DNA from: Desulfobacteraceae bacterium
GTDB lineage: Bacteria > Desulfobacterota > Desulfobacteria > Desulfobacterales > JALSRD01
Assembly: GCA_027061725.1 (NCBI GenBank)
Contig: JAMOVG010000129.1
Coordinates: 1 to 50,294 of the forward strand
DNA length: 50,294 nt
Reading direction: 5' to 3'
Below are positions 40,757 through 50,294 of this stretch, piece by piece. Position 1 is the first letter of the stretch. The number at the start of each line of letters is the position of its first letter. The position numbers and the translations under genes are program-made. The notes below the pieces were generated by a model, which was not told where the DNA came from, ran no database searches, and saw only the letters and a list, made by a program, of their open reading frames with translations.

Positions 40757-41554
40757 ATGAAACGTTTAAACCGACTCGGCATCGTCACCCTGGCACTGCT
40801 CGTTTTTTCACTGGTGCTGCCGGCCGCCCTGCCGGCCGCCCAGACCTCGCTGCTGGACACCATTGCGGAGCGCGGCTACATCCTGGTGGGCACCACCGGT
40901 GACTACAAGCCCTTCAGCTTTCTGAACCCCGACACCGGCAAGTACGAGGGCCACGACATCGATGTGGCCAAAAAGATCGGCGAGGCCATGGGCGTGGAGG
41001 TGCGTTTCGTCAAGACCACCTGGAAGACCCTGGTGGACGGCATCCTAGAGGGCAAGTACGACGTGGCCATGTGCGGCATCACGCGCAACCTGTCGCGGCA
41101 GAAGAAGGTTGGACTGACCGACCCCTATATCAACGTGGGCAAATCGCCGCTGATCCGCAAGGCCGACAAAGACAAATTCAAGACGCTGGCCGACATCGAC
41201 CAGCCGGGCGTCAGGGTGGCCGTCAACCCCGGCGGCACCAACGAAAAATTTGTCAGGGCCCACATCAAGAAGGCCCAGATCGTGGTGGTTCCGAAGAATC
41301 TGGACATTCCCGCCAAGATCGCCGCCGGTGAGGTGGACGTGATGATCACCGACAACGTGGAGGCCATGCTGGTGGCCGCCCACAACGACAAGCTCTATGC
41401 CGTGTCGCCGGACGAGCCCTTCACGCGCGACGATTTCGGCTACATGGTGCCCCGCGACGACCAGCCTTTCCTCAACTGGATGAACCTGTTCGTCCACCAG
41501 ATGAGGGCCAAGGGTGAGTTCGCCAAACTCAAGAAGAAGTGGATTGCGGAATAG
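40757..41554 (+). CDS. Periplasmic cyclohexadienyl dehydratase-like / family 3 solute-binding protein
   Basis: Signal peptide; GTTGDYKPFS, GKSP, VNPGGTNEKF and TDNVEA resemble PheC motifs. Confidence 0.8.
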   Translation: MKRLNRLGIVTLALLVFSLVLPAALPAAQTSLLDTIAERGYILVGTTGDYKPFSFLNPDTGKYEGHDIDVAKKIGEAMGVEVRFVKTTWKTLVDGILEGKYDVAMCGITRNLSRQKKVGLTDPYINVGKSPLIRKADKDKFKTLADIDQPGVRVAVNPGGTNEKFVRAHIKKAQIVVVPKNLDIPAKIAAGEVDVMITDNVEAMLVAAHNDKLYAVSPDEPFTRDDFGYMVPRDDQPFLNWMNLFVHQMRAKGEFAKLKKKWIAE

Positions 41555-41599
41555 CCCGACTGCGGGTTGTGTCCGCGCAAGCGACAAGGAGTGATTGCC

Positions 41600-42556
41600 A
41601 TGCAGAAAAAATGGATGTTGGGTTTCATCGTTGCGCTGCTCTGCGCGAGCCTGGTTCCCGGAGCGGCCGTCGCCAAGACGCGGCTGGTGCTCAAGAGCGC
41701 CCGCCAGACATCAACCTACTACACCTTTGCCGTGGGCCAGGCCAACGCCATCATGGCCGGGGACCCCGACGTGGAGGTAACCGTCGAAGACAGCCCCGGC
41801 TCCATGGTCAACGTCAAGCAGAGCAAGACGCGCACCAACTACCTGTTTACCTCGCCACCGGTGCTCATCGCCGCGGCCATGGCCGGCAAGGGCAAGTTCA
41901 AGGACGGCGGCTATGACCAGATCCGCTCCCTGTGGCCCATTCCCGGGCTGGTCATGCACTGGGTGGTGCGCAAGGACAGCGGCGTGACCAGCCTCAGGGG
42001 ACTGGCGGGCAAGCGCTTCATCCCCGGCGGCGCCGGTTCGGCCGGGGCGCGCTTCACCATGCAGGTGCTGGACGTCATCGGCGTCAAAGACAAAGTCAAA
42101 CTGCTGCAGGTGGACCTCAACGAGGGTGTACAGGCCGTCAAGAACCGGCGCGCGGTGGGCTTTTCCACGGCCAGCTCGGCGCCGGCCTCGCTGGTCTCCG
42201 AGATTGCCGCCACTACGCCCATCCGGCTGCTGGAGCTCAAGGACGCCGACTACCAGAAGGTTTCCAAGAAGTTCGCCCGCTACATCATCCCGGCCGGGCT
42301 GTACAAAGGCGTAGACAAGGACGTCAAGACCATCAGCCTGCTGGTGGGCACTTACACCGTGGCGAGCCTTCCTGATGATGTGGCCTACGCCATCACCAAG
42401 GCCTTCTGGGAAAACCGTAAGGTGTGGGAAAAATCCCACCCGGCCATGAAGCTGGTCAAGATGGAAGGACTCAACCAGTTGCGCGCCAAGGTGCACCCCG
42501 GTGCCCTGCGCTACTACAACGAAATCGGGTTCAAAGTAGCAGATGCGCTGAAATAG
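41600..42556 (+). CDS. TAXI-family TRAP solute-binding protein
   Basis: Signal peptide; STYY, SPGSMVN, AYAITKAFWEN and HPGALRYY motifs. Confidence 0.9.
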   Translation: MQKKWMLGFIVALLCASLVPGAAVAKTRLVLKSARQTSTYYTFAVGQANAIMAGDPDVEVTVEDSPGSMVNVKQSKTRTNYLFTSPPVLIAAAMAGKGKFKDGGYDQIRSLWPIPGLVMHWVVRKDSGVTSLRGLAGKRFIPGGAGSAGARFTMQVLDVIGVKDKVKLLQVDLNEGVQAVKNRRAVGFSTASSAPASLVSEIAATTPIRLLELKDADYQKVSKKFARYIIPAGLYKGVDKDVKTISLLVGTYTVASLPDDVAYAITKAFWENRKVWEKSHPAMKLVKMEGLNQLRAKVHPGALRYYNEIGFKVADALK

Positions 42557-42584
42557 GCCTGACAGGGGGCCATTCCCGCAGAAC

Positions 42585-44468
42585 ATGACAGGAGGTGCCA
42601 GATTGCCCACGGTACCCGGCAGACGATTCATATTGACCGTTTCGGTGATTTTCGCCGTCTACCAGATCCTGCTGCCGGTCTACGCCTTCATGCCCAACAT
42701 GCGCGAGCGCTCCATTCACCTGAGCCTGGCGCTGATCCTGATTTTTCTGGGCGGGGGCGGTACCGCGCACGGGCGCTGGCGCCGGCTGTGGGACCTGCTG
42801 TTGTGCCTGACGGGCGTTGGCCTGTCGCTGTACGTCTTTTTTCACTACTATGCCATCATCGATCAGTACGGCACGGCCACGGGCCCCCTCCAGGTGTGGG
42901 CCGGCCTCCTGCTGACCCTCATCGTTCTGGAAGCCGCACGTCGCATGGTGCGACCGGCGCTGCCCCTCATCGCGCTGCTGTTTCTGCTGTACGCCGCATA
43001 CGGGCACCTCATCCCGGGGCGCTTCGGACACCCACCGTACAGCCTGGCAACGCTTTCCAGCATGTTGTACCTGACCACCGGCGGCATCTGGGGCCAACTG
43101 CTGGGGGTCAGCGCCAACATCATCGCCATCTTTGTTTTTCTGGGCGCCTTCATCGTGCACACCGGCGGCGGCACCGGCTTTTTGCGCATCTCGCTGCGCC
43201 TGGCGGGACGTTACACCGGTGGGCCGGCCAAGGTGGCCACGGTGTCCAGCGCCCTGTTCGGGTCGGTGTCGGGCAGCGCCAGCGCCAACGTGGCCTCCAC
43301 CGGGGCTTTCACCATCCCCATGATGAAGCGCCTGGGCTACGCACCGGCCTTGGCGGCGGCGGTGGAGGCGGTGGCCAGCACCGGCGGGCAGATCATGCCG
43401 CCCATCATGGGCGCTGGGGCCTTCATCATGGCCGAACTGATCCAGACGCCCTATCTGACCATCGCCTTGAGCGCGCTGCTGCCGGCCCTGCTGTATTTTT
43501 TCGCTGTTGGCCTGGGCATCCACTTTTACGCCCTGCGCAGCGGTTACGGCCGCATGCGGCCCGAGGATATCCCGAGCTGGGCCGACACCCTGAAAGTGAG
43601 CGGGTTTTTCCTGGTGCCCTTCGGCATGTTGGGTTTCTGGCTGTTTCGCGGCTACACGCCCCAGTACGCCGCCTTCTGGGCCGTGATGGCCACGCTGCCC
43701 CTGGCGCTGCTGGACGAGGAACTCCGGTTCGAGGGGCGCGCCGTGCCGGGCAAACTGGAAAAGGCGGTGCTCAGCGGTGCCCGGCAGGCGGCCCTGATCG
43801 CCAGCATCTGCGCCAGCGCCCAGGTGATCATCGCCATCATCGCCTTCACGGGCCTGGGCGTCAAGGTCAGCGCCGGCATCCTGGCCTTCAGCCAGAACAG
43901 CCTCTTTGCGGCCCTGGCGCTGACGGGTCTGACCAGCATTCTGCTGGGCATGGAAGTGCCCACCACGGCCGCCTACATCGTGGCCGTGGTGGTGGGCGGG
44001 CCGGTGCTCATCGAGCTGGGGGTGCCGCCCATGGCCGCGCACCTGTTCGTTTTTTACATGGCCATTCTGTCGGCCGTGACGCCGCCGGTGTGCGGTGCCA
44101 TCTTCATCGCCGCCGGCATGGCCGAGGCCAACTGGGTGGAGACGGCGCGCTTCGGGCTCAAGCTGAGCTTTGCAGCCTTCCTGCTGCCCTTCCTGTTCGC
44201 CTATTATCCGGGCCTGGTGCTCATCGGGCCCTGGTGGCAAACGGTGCTGGGCGTGGCGCGCGCGGCGGCGGCCCTGACGCTGCTCTCGGCAGGTTTCATG
44301 GGGTACTTTAACCGGCGCCTGGTCATGGGGCAGCGGTTGCTGCTGACGGCCGCCGGGGCCCTGATCCTGCTGCCTTCAGCGATCCTGACGGCGGTTGGCG
44401 TCGCGGCCGGAGCGGGATTGTGGGGCTACACGCGTCTGAAACCCGAAAGCGCCCCGGCGGCGCAATGA
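42585..44468 (+). CDS. TRAP transporter fused 4TM/12TM permease
   Basis: GGPAKVA, SGSASANV, ASTGGQIMPPIMGA, PTTAAYI and TPPV motifs. Confidence 0.92.
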   Translation: MTGGARLPTVPGRRFILTVSVIFAVYQILLPVYAFMPNMRERSIHLSLALILIFLGGGGTAHGRWRRLWDLLLCLTGVGLSLYVFFHYYAIIDQYGTATGPLQVWAGLLLTLIVLEAARRMVRPALPLIALLFLLYAAYGHLIPGRFGHPPYSLATLSSMLYLTTGGIWGQLLGVSANIIAIFVFLGAFIVHTGGGTGFLRISLRLAGRYTGGPAKVATVSSALFGSVSGSASANVASTGAFTIPMMKRLGYAPALAAAVEAVASTGGQIMPPIMGAGAFIMAELIQTPYLTIALSALLPALLYFFAVGLGIHFYALRSGYGRMRPEDIPSWADTLKVSGFFLVPFGMLGFWLFRGYTPQYAAFWAVMATLPLALLDEELRFEGRAVPGKLEKAVLSGARQAALIASICASAQVIIAIIAFTGLGVKVSAGILAFSQNSLFAALALTGLTSILLGMEVPTTAAYIVAVVVGGPVLIELGVPPMAAHLFVFYMAILSAVTPPVCGAIFIAAGMAEANWVETARFGLKLSFAAFLLPFLFAYYPGLVLIGPWWQTVLGVARAAAALTLLSAGFMGYFNRRLVMGQRLLLTAAGALILLPSAILTAVGVAAGAGLWGYTRLKPESAPAAQ

Positions 44469-44508
44469 AAAGCGGGGCGCCGGACCGCGGCCTGCAGGAG
44501 GAGCGGTA

Positions 44509-45471
44509 ATGCAACTGCCGGAGAAAGTGACGCTGCGCGAAGTGGCCATGCGCGACGGGCTGCAGTCGCTAAAGCACTTCGTGCCCACGGAACAGAAACG
44601 GGAAATCATCGCAGCCGTGGTAGAGGCCGGCATTCGCCGGGTGGAGGCCACCTCCTTCGTGAGCCCCAAGGCCGTGCCTCAGCTCAAAGACGCCGCGGAG
44701 TTGATGGGCGGCGTCCCCCGGGGGCGGGCCACCTATGCTGCGCTGGTTCCCAATGCCCGCGGCGCCCGGGACGCCGTGGCCGCCGGTGCCGACGAGATCG
44801 TGGTGGTCATCTCGGCCAGCGAGGCCCACAACCGCGAGAACGTCCGGCGCAGCATCGATGCGTCCCTGGCGGAGCTGGATGCGGTTTTCGAAATCGCCCT
44901 GTCCGCCGGCGTGGACGTCATCGGGTCGGTGGCCGTGTCTTTCGGCTGTCCCTTCCAGGGGGATGTGCCCGAGGCGGACGTGCTTCGCATCGTGGCGCAG
45001 TACGTGCGCCGCGGTGCACGGTCCGTCATTCTGGCCGACACCACCGGCATGGCCGGCCCCACACGGGTGGCGCGGCGTGTGACGGCTTTCCGGGAGCGTT
45101 TCCCGGACACGCACCTGGTGCTGCACTTCCACAACAACCGCGGCACAGCCATGGCCAATCTGCTGGCCGCGCTGCAGGCCGGGGCCGACTGTTTTGACAC
45201 CGCGTTGGGGGGTATCGGCGGATGCCCCTACGTGCCCCAAGCGGCCGGCAACCTGGCCACCGCCGACGTGGTTTTCATGCTGGAGGAGATGGGCGTGGAA
45301 ACGGGCGTCGACCTGCAGAAGCTCATCCCGGCGGCGCGTCGCCTGGAGGAGATCCTGGGATTTACCCTGCCGGGCCAGGTCATGAAAAGCGGCCCGCGCG
45401 ACCCGCGCCTGGCGGCCCACATCTGCGGCATCGGCAAAGCGCTTGCGCAACGGCAACAAGCGGATAGCTGA
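44509..45471 (+). CDS. Hydroxymethylglutaryl-CoA lyase family (DRE-TIM)
   Basis: RDGLQ, SFVSPKAVPQ, LADTTG, HFHNNRG and GGCPY..A.GN motifs. Confidence 0.9.
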   Translation: MQLPEKVTLREVAMRDGLQSLKHFVPTEQKREIIAAVVEAGIRRVEATSFVSPKAVPQLKDAAELMGGVPRGRATYAALVPNARGARDAVAAGADEIVVVISASEAHNRENVRRSIDASLAELDAVFEIALSAGVDVIGSVAVSFGCPFQGDVPEADVLRIVAQYVRRGARSVILADTTGMAGPTRVARRVTAFRERFPDTHLVLHFHNNRGTAMANLLAALQAGADCFDTALGGIGGCPYVPQAAGNLATADVVFMLEEMGVETGVDLQKLIPAARRLEEILGFTLPGQVMKSGPRDPRLAAHICGIGKALAQRQQADS

Positions 45472-45508
45472 ACCGGATACCTGATCGCTTTTTAAAAACG
45501 AGGTGACA

Positions 45509-46681
45509 ATGCCCCTTTCCGGAATCAAAGTGCTGGACATGACACGCGTGCTGGCAGGACCCTTCTGCACCATGCTGCTGGCCGACTTCGGGGCTGATGT
45601 CATCAAGGTGGAGACGCCCCAGGGTGACCCGGCGCGGGTTGCCGGTATCACGGGCGAGGGGGAAAACCCCTTTTTCGTCAACATCAACCGCAACAAGCGC
45701 AGCATCGCACTGGACCTGCGGACGGAAGGCGCCAAGGACATCATCCGGCGTCTGGCCGCGCGGGCGGACGTACTGGTGGAAAACTACCGGCCGGGCGTCA
45801 TGGAGCGCATGGGGCTGGGCCGCGAAGCCCTGCAGGAGATCAACCCCGGACTGATTTACGCGGCCGTGTCGGGTTTCGGAAAGACCGGCCCTTACAGCCA
45901 CCGGCCGGCCTTCGACTTCATCGCCCAGGCCGTTTCCGGCTTTATGAGCCTCAACGGCAGTGAGGACATGGATCCCCAGCGGGTGGGCATCCCCATCTCC
46001 GACACCATCGCCGGCCTCTATGCCGCTTTCGGTATCCTGGCGGCGTTGCACCGCCGCGGACGGGGCGGGCGCGGCGAGGAGGTTCAGGTGGCCATGGTGG
46101 ACAGCCTGATCAGCATGTTCACCTTTGCCTCGGGCGCGTTTTTCGCCACCGGTCAGCTGCCGCCGCGAACCGGCAACGATCACATGGTGGTGGCCCCCTA
46201 CGGTGTTTTCCACGCCTCAGACGGGCCGCTGGCCATCGCGCCCAGTACCGAGAAAAACTGGCTGAACCTGTGCCGCGCGCTGGACATGGAAGAGGTGCGT
46301 CGAGACCCGCGTTTTGCCACCAACCGCGACCGCATGCGCCACCGCCGCGATATCAATCGTATCGTGGCCGAGCGCATCGCCGTTCGTACACGCGCCGAGT
46401 GGATCGAACTGCTCAACCGCGAGGGGGTTCCCTGCGGTCCCATCCAGAACCTGCAGGAGGTCTTTTCCGATCCCCAGGTGCACCACCAGCAGATGGTGCT
46501 GGTTTCCGAGCAGCCTTCGGGACCGGTTAGAATGCCGGGATTCGCCGTCAAGATGGACAAGGCTCCGGCACGCCTGCGCCGGCCGTCGCCGCAGATCGGC
46601 GAACACACCGATGAAGTGTTGGCCGAGGCCGGCCTGGACTGCGCGCAGATCGAACGCCTGCGGGATGAGGGGGTCATATGA
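45509..46681 (+). CDS. CoA-transferase family III (CaiB/BaiF)
   Basis: LAGPFCT..LADFGADVIKVE, NRNKRS, ENYRPG, catalytic Asp (ISD) and GEHT motifs. Confidence 0.93.
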   Translation: MPLSGIKVLDMTRVLAGPFCTMLLADFGADVIKVETPQGDPARVAGITGEGENPFFVNINRNKRSIALDLRTEGAKDIIRRLAARADVLVENYRPGVMERMGLGREALQEINPGLIYAAVSGFGKTGPYSHRPAFDFIAQAVSGFMSLNGSEDMDPQRVGIPISDTIAGLYAAFGILAALHRRGRGGRGEEVQVAMVDSLISMFTFASGAFFATGQLPPRTGNDHMVVAPYGVFHASDGPLAIAPSTEKNWLNLCRALDMEEVRRDPRFATNRDRMRHRRDINRIVAERIAVRTRAEWIELLNREGVPCGPIQNLQEVFSDPQVHHQQMVLVSEQPSGPVRMPGFAVKMDKAPARLRRPSPQIGEHTDEVLAEAGLDCAQIERLRDEGVI

Positions 46682-46828
46682 CGGGGACTGTTTGCGTCGC
46701 GACCCCACCCGGGGGGATGTTGATTTTCGAATTTTCCTGTTTTTGTGACGACCCTGCCGAGGTAGGGTATTGCTAACCATCACGAACCGGTGCCACCGCG
46801 CCACCAACCGTAGAAGGAGGAGTGTCCC

Positions 46829-47815
46829 ATGAGAAAGAGAATGTCGTTGGTTTTTATTGCCGTACTGGCCTTGTTGATGGTCTCCGGGCCGCTGTCGGCG
46901 GCGGACATCAGCATCGATGTCAATTGCACCATGAAACCCGGCGGCTCCGAAGAGGCCGCCATCAAGAAGTTCAAGGAAATCGTCGAGAAGAAGTCCAACG
47001 GCCGCATGCAGGTCAAGATTTTCATGAGCGGCCAGCTGGGCAAGGAAAAAGCCGTGCTGGAGCTGATGAAGATCGGCCAGACCCAGATGGCGCTGACCGG
47101 CGGCATCTTCCGCACCATGTTCGCCAAGCAGTACGACCCCATCACGATTCCTTTTTACATGCCCTCCTGGGAAAGCATTGTGGCCTACCTGCAGGGGCCC
47201 ATGGGTGATAAGATCCGCGAACTCGCGGCCCAGAAGGGCGGTGTCATCGACTTCGGCCCCCAGAAGCGCGCCCCGCGCCAGATGACCGCCAATCGCAAGA
47301 TCGTGGAGCCGGCCGACATCAAAGGCCTCAAGATGCGCCTGCCGGCTATTCCCATCTGGGTGGACGTCTGGAAGCAGCTGGGCGCCCTGCCCACCGTGAT
47401 TCCCGCGCCCCAGATTTACCTGGCCATGAAGACCGGGCAGGTGGAGGCCCACGAGAACTCCCTGGTTTCGCCGTACTCGCGCAAGCTCTGGGAAGTGCAG
47501 AAGTACATCATCCTGACCAACCACGTCTACTTCCCATGGCATTGGGTGGCCAGCAAGGTGTGGTTCGACAAACTGGATCCCAAGGATCAGAAGATCATCC
47601 GCGACGCCGTCACCGAGGCGCGCAACTACGGCTCTAAGGTAGAGGACGAAAAGGATGCGTTCTATGCCGCCGAGCTCAAGAAGCACGGCATGATCTTCGT
47701 AGAGCCCGACCGGCCCGCCATCCGCGAGGCCGCCATGCCGGCCATCAAGCGCGCCGTCAGTAAGCTGGCGCCGGGGGTTGCCGAGGAAGTGGAAAAGGCC
47801 GCCCAGGTGAAATAG
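46829..47815 (+). CDS. dctP: TRAP solute-binding protein DctP
   Basis: Signal peptide; GQLG.E, GLKMR, Y.A.KTG.V...EN and EVQKY...TNH motifs. Confidence 0.92.
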   Translation: MRKRMSLVFIAVLALLMVSGPLSAADISIDVNCTMKPGGSEEAAIKKFKEIVEKKSNGRMQVKIFMSGQLGKEKAVLELMKIGQTQMALTGGIFRTMFAKQYDPITIPFYMPSWESIVAYLQGPMGDKIRELAAQKGGVIDFGPQKRAPRQMTANRKIVEPADIKGLKMRLPAIPIWVDVWKQLGALPTVIPAPQIYLAMKTGQVEAHENSLVSPYSRKLWEVQKYIILTNHVYFPWHWVASKVWFDKLDPKDQKIIRDAVTEARNYGSKVEDEKDAFYAAELKKHGMIFVEPDRPAIREAAMPAIKRAVSKLAPGVAEEVEKAAQVK

Positions 47816-47847
47816 GCGCCCTTGCCACACGGAACCGCAGCGGGTGG

Positions 47848-47910
47848 ATGCCGTCGCCCCGGACCGGAGCAGGCGGCATCCTCACCGGCGGTTTCAACGG
47901 GCGACGGCGT
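47848..47910 (+). promoter_or_regulatory. Stem-loop between dctP and dctQ (mRNA stabilisation or partial termination)
   Basis: gccgtcgccc (47850-47859) pairs with gggcgacggc (47899-47908). Confidence 0.4.
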
Positions 47911-48105
47911 GCGGCGCCGAAAGCAACTGCCCGTCTGGAGCGGACGGGTATCCCCCGCTTTGGGTTTCGTACGCCGGCCTCGTCGCCTTGCTGGGCGGGT
48001 CCGCCTGCGGCAAAATGGTATGCCGTGCAGCCGCGGACCGTTGTGCGTGGCGACGGGCGATGATCTGCAACCACAAAGAAGTATTCGCTCCCCCCGGGTG
48101 ACGCC

Positions 48106-48591
48106 ATGAAAGCCCTGCTGCGCTTTTTTGATATCGGGGCGCTGGTGTGTTTCAGCGCCATGATGATCTGTATTCTCATTGAAGTGGTCAGCCGCAACCT
48201 GCTGAACCTGCCGACCACCTGGGCCGAAGAAGCCTCGCGCCTGATGTGCGTCTGGAGCGTGTTCCTGGGATCGGCCTCGGCCTGGCGCCGGGGGGCGCAC
48301 ATTGTCATCAACGTGGTGCTCGACCGACTGGGCCGCCGCAGTGCCGCTGTGCTGCGGCTGGTGGTCGATATCCTCAGCCTGGTTTTCCTGGTGAGCGTGT
48401 GGATCGGCACGCTCTACATCATGAAGATCAGCTACCCGTCCAAGACCACGGCCCTGGAGATCAGCATCAGCTACTTCTACCTGGGGCTGTTTCTAGGGGT
48501 TACCGGCATGGTCGTTTTCCAGGCGGCCAATTTTGTGCACACGGCACGCGCCCTTTCGGGGCGTCGGCCGGCAGGCGTACAGGAGCCCTGA
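48106..48591 (+). CDS. dctQ: TRAP small permease DctQ
   Basis: Four TM helices; V.SR, WAEEASR, FLG and HI motifs. Confidence 0.9.
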   Translation: MKALLRFFDIGALVCFSAMMICILIEVVSRNLLNLPTTWAEEASRLMCVWSVFLGSASAWRRGAHIVINVVLDRLGRRSAAVLRLVVDILSLVFLVSVWIGTLYIMKISYPSKTTALEISISYFYLGLFLGVTGMVVFQAANFVHTARALSGRRPAGVQEP

Positions 48592-48594
48592 CCC

Positions 48595-49887
48595 ATGGAG
48601 ATGCTGATTCTTTTCATCGGCCTGCTGGTCTTCTTTTTCATCATCGGGGTGCCGGTTAGCGTGTCCATCGGGCTGACCTGCATGGCCGTGCTGTGGATGG
48701 AAAACGGTTTTGCCAGTATTCCGCTGACCCTCTTCCCGCTCAAGATGATGCACGGGGTCAACAGTTTTCCCATCCTGGCCATTCCCTTCTTCATCTTGGC
48801 GGCCAACGTGATGAACAAGGGCAGCGTGACGCCGCGCATCTTCGATTTCGCCAATGCCCTGGTGGGGCATCTGCGGGGCGGGCTGGGGCATGTCAACGTG
48901 CTGGCCAGCATGATTTTCGCCGGCATGTCGGGCACGGCCGTGGCCGACGCCGCCGGCCTGGGGACCCTGGAGATCCGTGCCATGAAGGAGCAGGGGTACC
49001 CGCTGGACTACAGTACCGGCATTACCGGGGCCTCCTCGGTCATCGGCCCCATCATCCCGCCCAGCGTGGCCATGGTGATCTACGGCTGGCTGGGGGATGT
49101 CAGTGTGGGGGCCCTGTTCATCGCCGGGGTGATTCCCGGCATTCTGCTGGGCGGTAGTCTGATGCTCATGACGTGGCTGCTTTCCTTCCGGCTCAACATG
49201 CCCATTCAGCCGCGTCCGCCCGTTCGGGAGGTTTTCCGCCTTTCCCGGCGGGCGCTGCTGTCGCTGATGACGCCGGTGATCATCGTGGGCGGCATCTGGT
49301 CGGGAATTTTCACGCCCACCGAGTCCGGCGTGGTAGCCAGCGCCTACGCCATGGTGCTGGGTATGGTGGTCTACCGCGACATCAGCTGGAAGGACCTGTT
49401 GGAGGTCTTCTACACCACCATCGAGTTTACCGCCATTGTGCTGTTCATCATTTCCATCGCCGTTCTCTACGGCTGGCTGCTGGTGCGCATCCAGATCCCG
49501 CTGACCCTGGCGGAGATGATCATGAAGGTCTCCACCAACGCCACCGTGCTGCTGTTCATCATCACCTTCTTCTTCCTGATCGTCGGCTGTTTCATGTCGG
49601 TCATCGAGTCGGTGCTGATTTTTACCCCCGTCATGGTGCCCATGATCAAGATGCTGGGCATCGACCCGCTTTTTTTCGGCGTGCTGATGGTCATCTCCCT
49701 CTCGGTGGGGGTCATCACACCGCCCTTCGGCAACGTGCTCTACGTGCTGGTGGGCATTACCAAGATGCCCTTCGAGAAGGTGGTGCGGGCCATGGTGCCT
49801 TTCCTGGTGCCCATTATTCTGGTGATCGCCCTGCTGGTGCTGTTTCCGCAGTTGGTGTTGGTGCTGCCTCACTGGATGTCCCGGTAG
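48595..49887 (+). CDS. dctM: TRAP large permease DctM
   Basis: LAIPFF, SGTAVAD, IIPPS, FTPTE and ITPPFG motifs. Confidence 0.94.
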   Translation: MEMLILFIGLLVFFFIIGVPVSVSIGLTCMAVLWMENGFASIPLTLFPLKMMHGVNSFPILAIPFFILAANVMNKGSVTPRIFDFANALVGHLRGGLGHVNVLASMIFAGMSGTAVADAAGLGTLEIRAMKEQGYPLDYSTGITGASSVIGPIIPPSVAMVIYGWLGDVSVGALFIAGVIPGILLGGSLMLMTWLLSFRLNMPIQPRPPVREVFRLSRRALLSLMTPVIIVGGIWSGIFTPTESGVVASAYAMVLGMVVYRDISWKDLLEVFYTTIEFTAIVLFIISIAVLYGWLLVRIQIPLTLAEMIMKVSTNATVLLFIITFFFLIVGCFMSVIESVLIFTPVMVPMIKMLGIDPLFFGVLMVISLSVGVITPPFGNVLYVLVGITKMPFEKVVRAMVPFLVPIILVIALLVLFPQLVLVLPHWMSR

Positions 49888-50294
49888 TGTCCGCGCACAG
49901 GCGGCATCTTCCGGCCCGGCGCGGCGTTCTCGCTCATTTGAGATCCTCGACGTAGCCCGCTACGCCTGCGGTCTCAACATCGCTCGTGCCTTGCTCCGGG
50001 CCGGAATCTACCACCTGTGCGCGGACACATGCTGGCGTGGACGTCATCATCGGGCCCGGCGCGGCGTTCTCGCTCATTTGAGATCCTCGAGGTAGCCCGC
50101 TACGCCTGCGGTCTCAAAATCGCTCGTGCCTTGCTCCGGGCCGGAATCTACCACCTGTGCGCGGACACATGCTGGCATGGACGTCATCATCGGGCCCGGC
50201 GCGGCGTTCTCGCTCATTTGAGATCCTCGAGGTAGCCCGCTACGCCTGCGGTCTCAAAATCGCTCGTGCCTTGCTCCGGGCCGGAATCTACCAC
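49887..50294. repeat. Three tandem ~140-bp palindromic repeats (MITE/REP-like); the third runs off the window end
   Basis: ggcccggcgcggcgttctcg recurs at 49913, 50053 and 50193. Copy 1 has 15-bp terminal inverted repeats gtgtccgcgcacagg/cctgtgcgcggacac (49887-49901/50014-50028). Confidence 0.9.

Noticed and set aside
47816-48105. Small ORFs between dctP and dctQ, and a 14-mer (cccccgctttgggt) shared with the ahcY leader
   Set aside because: The ORFs lack an RBS and coding bias. A single 14-bp match in GC-rich DNA is compatible with chance.
49887-50294. CRISPR array
   Set aside because: The units are 140 bp and nearly identical along their whole length. There are no unique spacers and no cas genes.

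Overview
This is a GC-rich, gene-dense chromosomal segment. It is most likely from a Desulfobacterota (Desulfobacterales-like) anaerobe, inferred from gene content and repeat style. It holds about 52 CDS and no rRNA, tRNA, CRISPR array, transposase or integrase. Main blocks in order: (1) HD protein, a membrane-anchored dynamin-family NTPase with striking similarity to eukaryotic EHD proteins, PilZ, NlpC/P60, two CBS proteins, DnaJ-type and ABM genes; (2) metK-ahcY followed by an orphan DNA methyltransferase; (3) a putative cation/H+ antiporter with two USP proteins, two histidine kinases, a response regulator and a CMK-like protein; (4) a stand-alone Na+-type Fo operon (atpZ-I-B-E1-E2-F'-F) with no F1 genes; (5) sixA, ferritin, fabH, an S1 paralog, trxB, a lytic transglycosylase, Slp, ubiG, gdhA, htpX and a rhomboid; (6) leuB, a PheC-like protein, and a TAXI-TRAP / HMG-CoA lyase / CoA-transferase III / DctPQM catabolic cluster; (7) three tandem 140-bp palindromic repeats at the window end. 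The most interesting feature is atpE1. It encodes four fused c-subunit hairpins, and only the first keeps the ion-binding Glu. The remaining ligands are arranged as expected if the protein is inserted into a hybrid ring with the ordinary Na+-type c monomer, leaving three consecutive empty sites. Start codons were chosen by eye from RBS and homology patterns. All product calls come from motif recognition, not database searches.
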